DNA from: a virus
Lineage: Duplodnaviria; Caudoviricetes
DNA: 24,862 bases
Virus record (IMG/VR): IMGVR_UViG_3300017780_000793
Location: 1 to 24,862 of that record
Direction: 5' to 3' (one strand)
The notes below the pieces were generated by a model, which worked only from the letters and a program-made list of their open reading frames with translations, ran no database searches and was not told the origin of the DNA. Position 1 is the first letter of the stretch; each line of letters begins with the position of its first letter. The position numbers and the translations under genes were made by a program. This document shows, one piece after another, positions 8,123-17,095 of the stretch.

Positions 8123-8771
8123 TATTGGTGCTAACCGTGGCGACTTTACTATTGCCGCGCTCGCGCGTGGGTATCAAGTAGTAGCCCTAGAACCAGCACC
8201 GCGCGTGTTTAGCGCATTGGTGCGTAACTTTATTTACAACCCAAATGTAACACCGCTTAAATTTGCTGTAAGCGGTTCTGATTACGAGCGCGTAGAGTTC
8301 TTTGAAGCCGAAGAAGATGGACTGTCTACGCTAAATCCTGAGTGGCTAACCAACGAAGATATGCCGTATGCAGGCAAGCCCTACCGTGTGGTTGCCGCTA
8401 CAACAATTACTTTAGATACCTTGGCGCTTAAATACGGTACGCCTGATCTTATTAAGATAGATGTAGAAGGCGCTGAGTGGTCTGTGTTTAAAGGTCTTAG
8501 TTCCAAAATGGGAACTATTGCCTTTGAGTGGACTTTAGAAACTATGGCTGAGCATCAGTTGCAACTTGAATACCTACAGCACGGCGGCTATACCGAAGTC
8601 GGGCCGCAGTACATAGAACACCATTGCCAAGAACCTGATACCTACTACAAACTCTCAACCTTTGATTTAGAGTCGTGGCACGAAGGGGCTAAAAAAGCCT
8701 GGGAACGGGAAAATTGGAAGGCATCTGGGCTACGCCCAACGGCAGATGTAGGCATGATCTGGGTACGCTGA
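8109..8771 (+). CDS. FkbM-family SAM-dependent methyltransferase
   Basis: FDIGANRG, V-x-A-x-EP, TLD and DLIKIDVEGAEWSV motifs. Confidence 0.93.
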   Translation: MLCFDIGANRGDFTIAALARGYQVVALEPAPRVFSALVRNFIYNPNVTPLKFAVSGSDYERVEFFEAEEDGLSTLNPEWLTNEDMPYAGKPYRVVAATTITLDTLALKYGTPDLIKIDVEGAEWSVFKGLSSKMGTIAFEWTLETMAEHQLQLEYLQHGGYTEVGPQYIEHHCQEPDTYYKLSTFDLESWHEGAKKAWERENWKASGLRPTADVGMIWVR

Positions 8772-8791
8772 GCGTAAATTGACCCCAAAAA

Positions 8792-8851
8792 TGTGACCTG
8801 AAACACCCTAAATGGTTGCATGGACTGTAAGGTATCTGTTACGCTAAATCC
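8792..8851 (+). promoter_or_regulatory. Sigma-A-type promoter, leaderless, with upstream CRP-like box
   Basis: TTGCAT (8816-8821), 18 nt, TACGCT (8840-8845), 6 nt, ATG 8852; upstream TGTGA-N6-ACACC at 8792-8807. Confidence 0.6.
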
Positions 8852-9199
8852 ATGAAAACAACAACTTGCAAGAAGTGCGGAACTCAGAACCTTGTTTGGC
8901 GGCAGTCTATTAAAGGTAATTGGTATCTTTCAGACCCAAGAACCGTTTCAACTAAGACTTACGGCAACAACATTGTTATTCCTTTTGCGCATAACTGCGA
9001 ACAAGCAACAAAGCGTAATGAGTGGCACGCTAACCGTGATAAAGAAGTGCTACGCGACATTATGGTTGCGCTTCATATTGGTTCTGAACTTTCACCACTT
9101 CAAGCAGAACTTTACCCACACTTTGTAGAAAAGTACCCTGAAGAAGTAATTGCAATTCAGGAATACATTGCAAACCGTCAAAAAGAACTTAACAAGTAA
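8852..9199 (+). CDS. Hypothetical protein with N-terminal CxxC...HxC metal-binding motif
   Basis: 115 aa, own promoter; stop codon abuts the convergent gene's stop. Confidence 0.75.
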   Translation: MKTTTCKKCGTQNLVWRQSIKGNWYLSDPRTVSTKTYGNNIVIPFAHNCEQATKRNEWHANRDKEVLRDIMVALHIGSELSPLQAELYPHFVEKYPEEVIAIQEYIANRQKELNK

Positions 9200-9436
9200 T
9201 TAAATAATTAGCGTTTCTGCTTCTTCTGCGGTCAATGGCTCGCCAGCAACTAACTTAGCCTTGGCAGATGCCTTTAGTGCATCTTTAGCCGCCTGAGCCG
9301 CTTCGCGTTCTGCTTGTTCAGTTGCGTGTTGAATAGCATCTAATTCGCGTTGCTGGATTTCTTCGGCAGTTAAATCAACATAAGTTTGTGTGCCTTTTGC
9401 AAGATCAACAATTAACTTCTTAGGCGTATCAGACAT
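9200..9436 (-). CDS. Small fibre-associated helical protein (chaperone-like)
   Basis: Start corrected to ATG 9436 (GGAG SD); KLIVD...LTAEEI...AKAKL pattern; last gene of the fibre locus. Confidence 0.7.
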   Translation of the reverse strand: MSDTPKKLIVDLAKGTQTYVDLTAEEIQQRELDAIQHATEQAEREAAQAAKDALKASAKAKLVAGEPLTAEEAETLII

Positions 9437-9755
9437 TTTCTTCTCCAATTAGGATTACATGAGTAGCATCTGAACAAGACCAGATGCAAGTTTCTTCGTT
9501 AAAGGTTACTAGATCAGGGTGGCACTCTGGTTTTGGCGCAATAAAAGCATCGCGGTTTGCATCGTATGAGTAACCAATTCCCGCATAATTCTTACGGAAA
9601 CCATTAGTTGCCGCGTTATATGAGGTCTTTACCCATGTGCCGCCAAGGTTATCTACTAACCATTGGTAGCCTTCATCGCCGTTAGGGTCATTGTTATCGC
9701 CTACAAGTACGCGTAGAACAATACCGTTGTGATCTATTTCCGCCCAATGTGCCAT
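9429..9755 (-). CDS. Conserved phage protein associated with glycine-rich fibre genes
   Basis: MAHWAEID...WVKTSYN...FRKNYAGIGYSYD...DAFIAPKP; AAGGA SD. Confidence 0.8.
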   Translation of the reverse strand: MAHWAEIDHNGIVLRVLVGDNNDPNGDEGYQWLVDNLGGTWVKTSYNAATNGFRKNYAGIGYSYDANRDAFIAPKPECHPDLVTFNEETCIWSCSDATHVILIGEENV

Positions 9756-9765
9756 TTATTTTCCT

Positions 9766-11121
9766 TTACGCTACTGGATATCTAATAATAACAATGCCTG
9801 AACCGCCCGCGCCACCTAAACCGTTTGTTCCACCTTGTGCGCCACCACCACCACCAGTATTTACAGTTCCAGCGTTTAATCCACCACCGTTACCGCCGCC
9901 ACCTAATCCACCTGCTTTAGTAGTTACTGATGAGTCACTACTGCCGCCGCCGCCGCCGCCGTAATAACCGCTATTAGCGCCAGTATTGGTGGGTGTAGCA
10001 AATGCAGTTATTTGTACGCCATTACCGCCAGTACCAGCAATGTTTCCTGACTGAGATGCTTGACCTACTTGACCAGCACCACCGCCGCCGCCTTGACCAT
10101 AAGGCACACCGCCACCAAAAGTAGTAGCAGAACCGCCAGCGTAACCTTGTCCTGTAGTTCCTGCGCCGCCCGCGCCAGGGTTCCAAGCGCCACCACCGCT
10201 ACCGCCAGTAAATCCAGCAGAGTTGCCATTAGCACCACCGCCGCCGCCAATAGATGTAATACTTCCAAAAACTGAATTGTTACCGTTTTGACCGCGTAAT
10301 GAAGTATCGCCACCAGTTTGTAAACAACCAGCGCCACCAGCGCCAATAGTTACAGTTTGTGCGGTTGCAACAGAAATTGCAGACTCCAACGAACCACCAC
10401 CACCTGTTGCTGTAACGGTTGAACGAAGTCCACCAGCACCAGCACCACATAATCTAGATGCCCCGCCACCACCTGCAACTACCAAATAATCGCAGGTAAG
10501 CGATGTTTGTGGTGTAAATGTGCCGTTAGCAAGGAAAGTGTGATACCAATAAGTACCGTCTGTATAAATATTTCCACCGCTAGCCTTAGGTGCAATAACA
10601 GGTGTAGTTCCTAAAGCGGCTACACCATAGATGCTAAAGGTTGAATATTGCGCAAGATTACCAGAAGTTAAAGTGATGCTACTAATTGGTGCGGTGTTAG
10701 ACCATAAGTTAGCAAATAAATTCATATAAATACCATTTGCCGCGTTTGTTTCTCCAGCAGAAGTCACAGAAACAGATTTATTGTTACTAGATGTATAATT
10801 AGGAATATAAACTTCAAATGTTCCAAAAGTATTTGCTGTAGCGTTTCCAGCGCTTACATATCCAGCGGTAAGACTTGTAGTGCTAGATGTACTATAAGAA
10901 TTTGCTACTCCATCTCCGCCTTCAAGATTTTTTGATGAATAACCAGTAGTGCTTCCATTAAAAATCATTGTAACTTGACCGTAAGTTGTAGCGCTAGTTG
11001 CTCTAGCCGAACCTACAATTTTAAGATCGGTATAACCAGTTTGCGGAATATTAGAAAAAGTTACAGATGCGACTGAAGCGTTAAGTTCAATTCGTTCTAG
11101 CAATACATAATTAGCGGGCAT
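9766..11121 (-). CDS. Glycine-rich fibre/adhesin protein (shared N-domain plus polyglycine domain), paralogue 3
   Basis: N-domain SVTFSNIPQTGYTDL...TFSIYG; C-domain YLVVAGGGG...GGSGIVIIRY with GGGGG runs. Confidence 0.8.
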   Translation of the reverse strand: MPANYVLLERIELNASVASVTFSNIPQTGYTDLKIVGSARATSATTYGQVTMIFNGSTTGYSSKNLEGGDGVANSYSTSSTTSLTAGYVSAGNATANTFGTFEVYIPNYTSSNNKSVSVTSAGETNAANGIYMNLFANLWSNTAPISSITLTSGNLAQYSTFSIYGVAALGTTPVIAPKASGGNIYTDGTYWYHTFLANGTFTPQTSLTCDYLVVAGGGGASRLCGAGAGGLRSTVTATGGGGSLESAISVATAQTVTIGAGGAGCLQTGGDTSLRGQNGNNSVFGSITSIGGGGGANGNSAGFTGGSGGGAWNPGAGGAGTTGQGYAGGSATTFGGGVPYGQGGGGGAGQVGQASQSGNIAGTGGNGVQITAFATPTNTGANSGYYGGGGGGSSDSSVTTKAGGLGGGGNGGGLNAGTVNTGGGGGAQGGTNGLGGAGGSGIVIIRYPVA

Positions 11122-11132
11122 TTATTTCTCCT

Positions 11133-12464
11133 TTATGCCTTTGCGTAACGAACAATAACAATGCCTGAACCGCCAGCGCGACCTAATGAACCGCCACCTG
11201 CGCCGCCGCCACCACCACCGCCTGTAAAAGCAAGACCTGCGGTAGATGCAACACCAGCCGAAGCGCCATTACCGCCCCCGCCTAAACCACCTGAACCAGT
11301 TACGGTTGAATTATCTTGCCAACCGCCGCCACCACCGCCTGCGTAATAATAAGTTCCATCAACATTTTGACCAGTTCCAGTTGCTATACCCCAAGAAGAA
11401 TAAGTTGCTAAACCAACTCCGCCATCACCAGAACCAGAAATTGTGCCTGTTTGTCCAACAGCACCAGCACCGCCGCCACCACCAGTTTCACCATCTGATG
11501 TAATGCGACTACCGCCACCGCCAGCAAAACCTTGCCCTGATGTTCCTGCGCCGCCGCTAGAACCGCCAGCATTACGACCTGCACCGCCACCAGAACCGCC
11601 TGAAGCACCGTTTACTGTTATGTAGTTACCGCTTCGGCCACCACCAACAGATGCAGTTAAAGCACCAAATTGTGAATTAGCGCCATTAGTACCTAATGCG
11701 CCACCAGTAGAACCACCAGTTCCACCTGCACCAACAGTTACGCTATAACCAGTTGCAGTCAATGCTTGTGAAGTAAATCCAAGTAAACCACCTGCGCCAC
11801 CACCGCCAGACATATCTGCACCGCCACCGCCACCACCTGCAACAACAAGCACATCTGCGCTAATTGACTGCGTAGGCGTAAATGTTCCGTTACCTGCAAA
11901 CACATGGTAATAATAAGTAGAGTCTGAGTAAATCGCGCCACCCGTTGCCTTAACAGTAGGGCTCACGCCTTCTGCGGCTATGCCGTATAAGGAAAAAGTA
12001 GAACCAGCCGCAATGTTGGCGGAAAATCCATTTATTTTAATTGTGTTAATTGCGGCAGTATTTCTCCACAGACTAACAGAAGCATTTGTGTTTACTGCGG
12101 CATCATCAGAACGCAATAGTATTGTTTTAAATGTTGTGGTGTTTGAATAATTCATAAAGTTTATTACTGCAACACCAAATGAAGATGTTGATGCACCAGC
12201 CGAAGCATAAGTTTGAGATATATTGGAATTTCTGTCTGAAAGTCCAGGGGAAGTACCAGTTCCGTACATATAAGTTCTACTGTAATTAGTGCCAGTATCT
12301 ATAGTTCCGTTACCAACTTGAATTTCAATAGCGCCAGTTGTAACAACTGATGAAGAAATTAAAACCAAATCAGTATAAGCCTGACTTATGCCAGTAAAAG
12401 TAATTGACGATGTTGCTGAAGTAATAGTGCGCGTATCAAGGGCTACATAGGTATTAGTCGCCAT
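11133..12464 (-). CDS. Glycine-rich fibre/adhesin protein, paralogue 2
   Basis: Same architecture: SITFTGISQAYTDL...TFSLYG plus VLVVAGGGGGG...GGSGIVIVRY. Confidence 0.8.
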   Translation of the reverse strand: MATNTYVALDTRTITSATSSITFTGISQAYTDLVLISSSVVTTGAIEIQVGNGTIDTGTNYSRTYMYGTGTSPGLSDRNSNISQTYASAGASTSSFGVAVINFMNYSNTTTFKTILLRSDDAAVNTNASVSLWRNTAAINTIKINGFSANIAAGSTFSLYGIAAEGVSPTVKATGGAIYSDSTYYYHVFAGNGTFTPTQSISADVLVVAGGGGGGADMSGGGGAGGLLGFTSQALTATGYSVTVGAGGTGGSTGGALGTNGANSQFGALTASVGGGRSGNYITVNGASGGSGGGAGRNAGGSSGGAGTSGQGFAGGGGSRITSDGETGGGGGAGAVGQTGTISGSGDGGVGLATYSSWGIATGTGQNVDGTYYYAGGGGGGWQDNSTVTGSGGLGGGGNGASAGVASTAGLAFTGGGGGGGAGGGSLGRAGGSGIVIVRYAKA

Positions 12465-13036
12465 TATTTAACTCCGTAAAGTGCAACGCTAGTATAAAGT
12501 TTAAAATTGCCTGACTCTGGAACTAATTGAATAGAAGTTATTGCGCTTGTATTAGTCCAAGACCCTGATACAAGTCTAATTCCTTCATTACTAACATTTG
12601 CATCATTATTTTGAAATCCAGTTAAAGTACGAATTGTTTTATTTTTAGTTGTAAACGCATAATCAAGTATATCTACAATATTTGCGCCAGGCCCTATCAT
12701 AGAATTTCTTACAGCATTACCTGCAAATTTAGCGCTATTTTCTGCACCTGCCGATGCTGATGTTCCATTACCTTTAAGATCGTGATTATAATAATTTGTT
12801 GCCGTTGTATCTCCATTAAAAAATAAACTGCAACGCACATTTCCTAAACCAGAACCAGCAGTATCGTTAGTTAATCCTATCCATCTAATTTGAAGATGTT
12901 TATACCCTGTAGGAATACCAGCAAAAGTTACAGATGCAACGGCTGTAGCACCAACGGTTACGGTAGCCAACGAGTCATAAGCACCCGCTGGTTGCCATGC
13001 CGATACACTAGAAGCATAAATTCCTGGTAGTGGCAT
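12464..13036 (-). CDS. Fibre-tip protein, paralogue 1 (shared N-domain only)
   Basis: [10 protein letters not shown] leader, then SVTFAGIPTGYKHLQIR...ALYG; TAATG-coupled to both neighbours. Confidence 0.78.
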   Translation of the reverse strand: MPLPGIYASSVSAWQPAGAYDSLATVTVGATAVASVTFAGIPTGYKHLQIRWIGLTNDTAGSGLGNVRCSLFFNGDTTATNYYNHDLKGNGTSASAGAENSAKFAGNAVRNSMIGPGANIVDILDYAFTTKNKTIRTLTGFQNNDANVSNEGIRLVSGSWTNTSAITSIQLVPESGNFKLYTSVALYGVK

Positions 13037-13686
13037 TAGGCAAGATCACCAATAATTGTAAAGGTATCGCTTGCTGAACAGATAATTGAGCAGGCTGAGT
13101 AGCGTGTTCTCAACTTGGGCGCTGAGGCTGATGCGCCTGTAGATGTAATAGTTACGCCAGCACCTTGCGCAAAAGTAACCTGACCTACGCCGATCTGTTG
13201 CACATTTATAACATCGTTAGCCGCAAATACTGAAGGCGGAACTGTAATAGTAATTGCAGATGCGTTGTTTGCTGTAACTAAGTCGTTAAGATCGCCAATA
13301 ACTAGCGTATAAGTTGTTCCTGTTTGCGCATTAAATCCAGCAATACCGCCGCCTGCGTTGCCAGTAATACCTTGAATTCCTTGTGTTCCTGTTAAACCCT
13401 GCGCGCCTGTAATGCCCTGTTGTCCTACGGTTCCTTGTGCGCCTATTGTTCCCTGCGCACCAGTTGTACCCTGCGCACCTGTTGCACCGTTAGTACCTTG
13501 CGCGCCAGTTGTACCTTGTGCGCCTGCGGTGTAAGCATAAGCAAGTGAATTCCACGCGGTTACGCCATCGCCCATTTTCCATTTAGCGGTATCAGTTTCA
13601 AGACCAATTTCGCCAGCGGCAAGTGTTGGGTTTGCACTTGTCCAAGCGCTTGCTATGTCGCGGCGGTTCTGTAAGCGTGAAGTCAT
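13036..13686 (-). CDS. Short collagen-like fibre protein with Mtd/hyaluronidase-type N-terminal domain
   Basis: RRD[35 protein letters not shown] N-domain; ~19 G-X-Y triplets; C-terminal [10 protein letters not shown]...GDL domain. Confidence 0.85.
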   Translation of the reverse strand: MTSRLQNRRDIASAWTSANPTLAAGEIGLETDTAKWKMGDGVTAWNSLAYAYTAGAQGTTGAQGTNGATGAQGTTGAQGTIGAQGTVGQQGITGAQGLTGTQGIQGITGNAGGGIAGFNAQTGTTYTLVIGDLNDLVTANNASAITITVPPSVFAANDVINVQQIGVGQVTFAQGAGVTITSTGASASAPKLRTRYSACSIICSASDTFTIIGDLA

Positions 13687-13708
13687 GTCGTTATCCTTTT
13701 GCTATTAG

Positions 13709-15355
13709 TTAAAATGAAACTGTAGCCCCGCCAGCATCTATTGTATATGTCCAAGATGTTGTAGATGCTGTTCCAGAGTTGTAAATGATATCTGTGTTTG
13801 GTGTTACATTGCCGCCGTCTAAGTAATCAACAATGTAAGCATTACCGTTTTCGCCAGCAATACCCTGCACACCTTGCAGACCAAATAGACCTTGTGTTCC
13901 TTGCAACCCTTGTACTGACTGCGTTCCTTGTACGCCCTGTAATCCAAGCAAACCTTGGATACCTTGCGTTCCCTGAATACCGTCAAGCCCCTGTGTGCCA
14001 GTTAGCCCTTGTATTCCTTGTGAACCTTGTACGCCTTGCGTTCCTTGTGTACCAGTAGCGCCTTGCGACCCAACTAAACCTTGCAGACCAGTTGTACCTT
14101 GCGCACCTGTTGCACCCTGAGTACCAAAAGTACCTTGGCTTCCTGTTGTGCCTTGTGCGCCAGTTAAACCTTGCGTTCCAGTAGCGCCCTGAGTTCCAGT
14201 TGCGCCCTGTAATCCAATTACGCCTTGTGTGCCTTGGCTTCCAGTAATTCCTTGGCTACCTGTTGCACCTTGCAGACCAGTTAAACCCTGCAAACCAACG
14301 GTTCCCTGTGCGCCAGTTGCACCTTGCGCGCCTGTAGTTCCTTGTACGCCAACGCTTTGTGTAATTAAAGAAATGTTATGACCGTTTGTAAAACCTGTTG
14401 TGCCTGCGCCGCCTGATGATAAAAGCGTTGCGGGATAAGTCCAATAATTATTAGCAACAGTTGTAGGTGTACCGTTTACTTGCCACTCTTGATAATTAGC
14501 AGAATTATTTTTATCTTGAATAAAGAAAATGTCGCCATTTTTAATATTGGCTAACAACACATCTATATCTACATTTGCGGCTGTAAGGTGAGATACATAA
14601 ATGTTTGTTGCAAGAATTTGAACTACATTATCCCATTTAATATCCCCAGAATTAGGCGGTGGGGTTTGTGAATTGGTTCGTGCGTTATATTCAAAGATAG
14701 ATGATGAAGTACCGCTTGCACCTGTAACACCTTGCGCGCCCTGAGTACCTGTAGCGCCTTGCGTACCCGTAGTTCCCTGTGAACCAGTACCAGTTGCGCC
14801 TTGTGTACCAAAACTGCCTTGAATACCAGTTGTGCCTTGAATACCTTGTGCGCCAATAGTTCCTTGCGCACCAATAGTTCCCTGACTGCCTTGAATACCC
14901 TGAGTTCCAGTAGTTCCTTGTGAACCAGTAGTTCCTTGTGAGCCAACAATGCCTTGTGTGCCAGTAGCGCCCTGCAAGCCTGTTAAGCCCTGAGTTCCTT
15001 GTGTACCTTGCGCGCCAGTAAATCCTTGTGTGCCTTGGATACCAGTTAAGCCTTGAATACCTGTTGTTCCCTGAACGCCCTGAATACCTTGGCTACCAGT
15101 TGTTCCCTGTAAACCTAATGTGCCTTGGTTGCCCTGTACACCCTGAGTTCCTTGAACGCCTTGTGTGCCTTGAACGCCTTGTAATCCCTGCGCGCCAATT
15201 ACGCCTTGTAATCCTGTTGTGCCTTGACGACCTTGTACGCCCTGTGAACCTGTTGTTCCTTGCGTACCTTGAACACCGCGAGAACCAGCCGCACTAATAA
15301 CAATGTTTGGCTCAATGGGTGTTACAACAATATTAGGTGTGTTATCAACTGGCAT
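13709..15355 (-). CDS. Long collagen triple-helix fibre protein
   Basis: Two G-X-Y runs (~64 and ~57 triplets, Gln/Thr-rich) separated by a ~120-aa globular domain; C-terminal LDGG...IDAGG motif. Confidence 0.9.
   Translation of the reverse strand: MPVDNTPNIVVTPIEPNIVISAAGSRGVQGTQGTTGSQGVQGRQGTTGLQGVIGAQGLQGVQGTQGVQGTQGVQGNQGTLGLQGTTGSQGIQGVQGTTGIQGLTGIQGTQGFTGAQGTQGTQGLTGLQGATGTQGIVGSQGTTGSQGTTGTQGIQGSQGTIGAQGTIGAQGIQGTTGIQGSFGTQGATGTGSQGTTGTQGATGTQGAQGVTGASGTSSSIFEYNARTNSQTPPPNSGDIKWDNVVQILATNIYVSHLTAANVDIDVLLANIKNGDIFFIQDKNNSANYQEWQVNGTPTTVANNYWTYPATLLSSGGAGTTGFTNGHNISLITQSVGVQGTTGAQGATGAQGTVGLQGLTGLQGATGSQGITGSQGTQGVIGLQGATGTQGATGTQGLTGAQGTTGSQGTFGTQGATGAQGTTGLQGLVGSQGATGTQGTQGVQGSQGIQGLTGTQGLDGIQGTQGIQGLLGLQGVQGTQSVQGLQGTQGLFGLQGVQGIAGENGNAYIVDYLDGGNVTPNTDIIYNSGTASTTSWTYTIDAGGATVSF
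13838..14350 (-). repeat. Collagen-coding 9/18-nt periodic repeat, segment 2
   Basis: Recurrent CCTTG/CCCTG units encoding G-x-Q-G-x-x. Confidence 0.9.
14705..15283 (-). repeat. Collagen-coding 9/18-nt periodic repeat, segment 1
   Basis: Recurrent units encoding GTQGTT/GVQG/GAQG. Confidence 0.9.
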
Positions 15356-15735
15356 TAGCGCGATACCTCAGCATCTACTTGCACAATGCCGCGGCCTAAA
15401 TAGATCGCTTCACCGTTTGCAGGTGTGCATTTTAAATCCCACTCAAACTTTCCAGGCGGTGTTGTAATGCCAGTATTGACCTGTACTTGTGGGCAAGTAG
15501 TTGGGTTAAATGTAAGTCCATCGCCTACTGTTAAAGACAATACGGTTGTCTTAGCGAGCGCAGAAGTACGAAACTGTAATAGCGGTGTGTAGCCCGTTAA
15601 GTTAATTGGGCTATTGAGATCAGGATTACCATTAACATCGTCATTGCAATAAGAAAAGTTAATAGCCCACTCTTGGTTCTGCCGTAGTGTAATACCTAGC
15701 GCATCAGGTGTTTGGCTTAGCGAAAGTGAAGTCAT
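15355..15735 (-). CDS. Fibre anchor/adaptor protein (BppU N-terminal-like beta-sandwich)
   Basis: Start corrected to ATG 15735 (GGAG SD); PINLTGYT...QFR...WDL...G-x-V-x-V-x-x-EV pattern; coupled to the collagen gene. Confidence 0.65.
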   Translation of the reverse strand: MTSLSLSQTPDALGITLRQNQEWAINFSYCNDDVNGNPDLNSPINLTGYTPLLQFRTSALAKTTVLSLTVGDGLTFNPTTCPQVQVNTGITTPPGKFEWDLKCTPANGEAIYLGRGIVQVDAEVSR

Positions 15736-17095
15736 TTTTTTCTCCAATAGATGTGTTGCAAGCGGGGCAGAAAGATAAAGACCTTGAAACGGGTGTCTTA
15801 CACTTAGGGCAAAAGTTTGCCATTGCTGTAAGGAAGTTAATTGCGTTAGAACCTTCGCTTAACTCTGTTAAAGCCCAAACTAATGCGTCCATGCGGTCAG
15901 GGCTATCGGCGCTAACGCCTGGTTCGTACTCACACATTTCATCTTCTAGTTTTGCGTGATACCCAACATGATGCACACGGCCTTGCTCATATAAAGCCGC
16001 AATAGGCTCAGCGCGTAATTGCTTGCCGCGTGTAGCCGTTACTTTTTTAGTAGCAATACCAGGCTTTACCTGTTGTAATAAGTGAATAACTAAGTCGCCG
16101 CCGTTATTAGTTTCAGCAACAATTCTATCAGCCTTATGGCGTTCATACGCTTGCACAGCAACAGTTGCCCACTCAAACGGGCTTGCTTTAAGCGTACTGT
16201 CGTCTAACACATAATATTGACCGTCTGCGCTCATACCGCAAGTAACAATGCCCGTGCTATCGCTATCTTCAGTATTACTAACAGCGGGGTCTACGCCTAC
16301 AACAACGCGTGTAAGCGGTGGTATTTCATTTACTTTAATGCGTGCGCTTTCAATTCCCGTGCGTGTCCATAGCGCACCAGGGTTATCATCAAGCACTTCA
16401 CCGAATAGTTCTTGACGGCCTAAGCGGGTGTTTTCATATTTATTTTGTAATGTAACAAGCGTGCTTGCCGCCAAGTTGTCTTTGTTTTCGTATGTACTAC
16501 CGCGTGTAATGATCGTTTCTGAGTCTTTTATTAACTCTTTAATGATCTTTGTAGGTCGCGGTGTAGTAGTAACCAATACTTGTGGCATTGTGCCTAAGCG
16601 CAAACCAAACTGTAACTGGTCGTATGTTTCGGGTGCAGTCCAAGCCGCTAATTCATCACACCAAGCCCCGTGATGTTGCGGGCCGCGTAATCGGTCAGGC
16701 TTTTCTGCCGTAAATCCTTTTATTCTTGAACCATTAGGTAGCGTGTAAAGACTACGGCTTCGGTTCCAGTCATCTTCTGTATAAATTCCATAGCGTGTAA
16801 GTACGCTGATAATGCCCGACTCACCTTCAAAACAGGTGTCTATGATATCGGCGCTAGTCGCCGCTACTACCGCCCAACGGGTTTTCGGTTGTGTTATCGC
16901 TTGCCAAACTATCCACTCCGCCCCCGTTCTCGTTTTCCCCCAACCGCGACCCGATAAAATCAACCAGGTTTTCCAATTCGTTGTCGGTGGCAACTGGTTC
17001 GTTCTCGCTGATAATGACTGCCATTGCACTCTCGCCTGTGCTATCTGCATTGTTTGCTGTGAGTAACGCGGCAAGGTCACGGACTGCTCGGTCAA
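15704..17095 (-). CDS. terL: Terminase large subunit (start TTG 17095 or ATG 17050)
   Basis: Walker A GRGWGKT, LRGPQ, Walker B WCDE, TTTP coupling motif, RNase H nuclease VGVDPA and SPDRMDALVWA. Confidence 0.96.
   Translation of the reverse strand: MTEQSVTLPRYSQQTMQIAQARVQWQSLSARTNQLPPTTNWKTWLILSGRGWGKTRTGAEWIVWQAITQPKTRWAVVAATSADIIDTCFEGESGIISVLTRYGIYTEDDWNRSRSLYTLPNGSRIKGFTAEKPDRLRGPQHHGAWCDELAAWTAPETYDQLQFGLRLGTMPQVLVTTTPRPTKIIKELIKDSETIITRGSTYENKDNLAASTLVTLQNKYENTRLGRQELFGEVLDDNPGALWTRTGIESARIKVNEIPPLTRVVVGVDPAVSNTEDSDSTGIVTCGMSADGQYYVLDDSTLKASPFEWATVAVQAYERHKADRIVAETNNGGDLVIHLLQQVKPGIATKKVTATRGKQLRAEPIAALYEQGRVHHVGYHAKLEDEMCEYEPGVSADSPDRMDALVWALTELSEGSNAINFLTAMANFCPKCKTPVSRSLSFCPACNTSIGEKNDFTFAKPNT

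Noticed and set aside
9749-11625. Proline-rich plus-strand ORFs
   Set aside because: Antisense reading of polyglycine codons.
9766-12464. Diversity-generating retroelement TR/VR pair in the adhesin paralogues
   Set aside because: No reverse transcriptase in the window; similarity is short and the differences are not adenine-specific.
13838-15283. Repeats as a possible CRISPR array or VNTR
   Set aside because: Degenerate 9/18-nt periodicity fully explained by collagen coding; no repeat-spacer structure.
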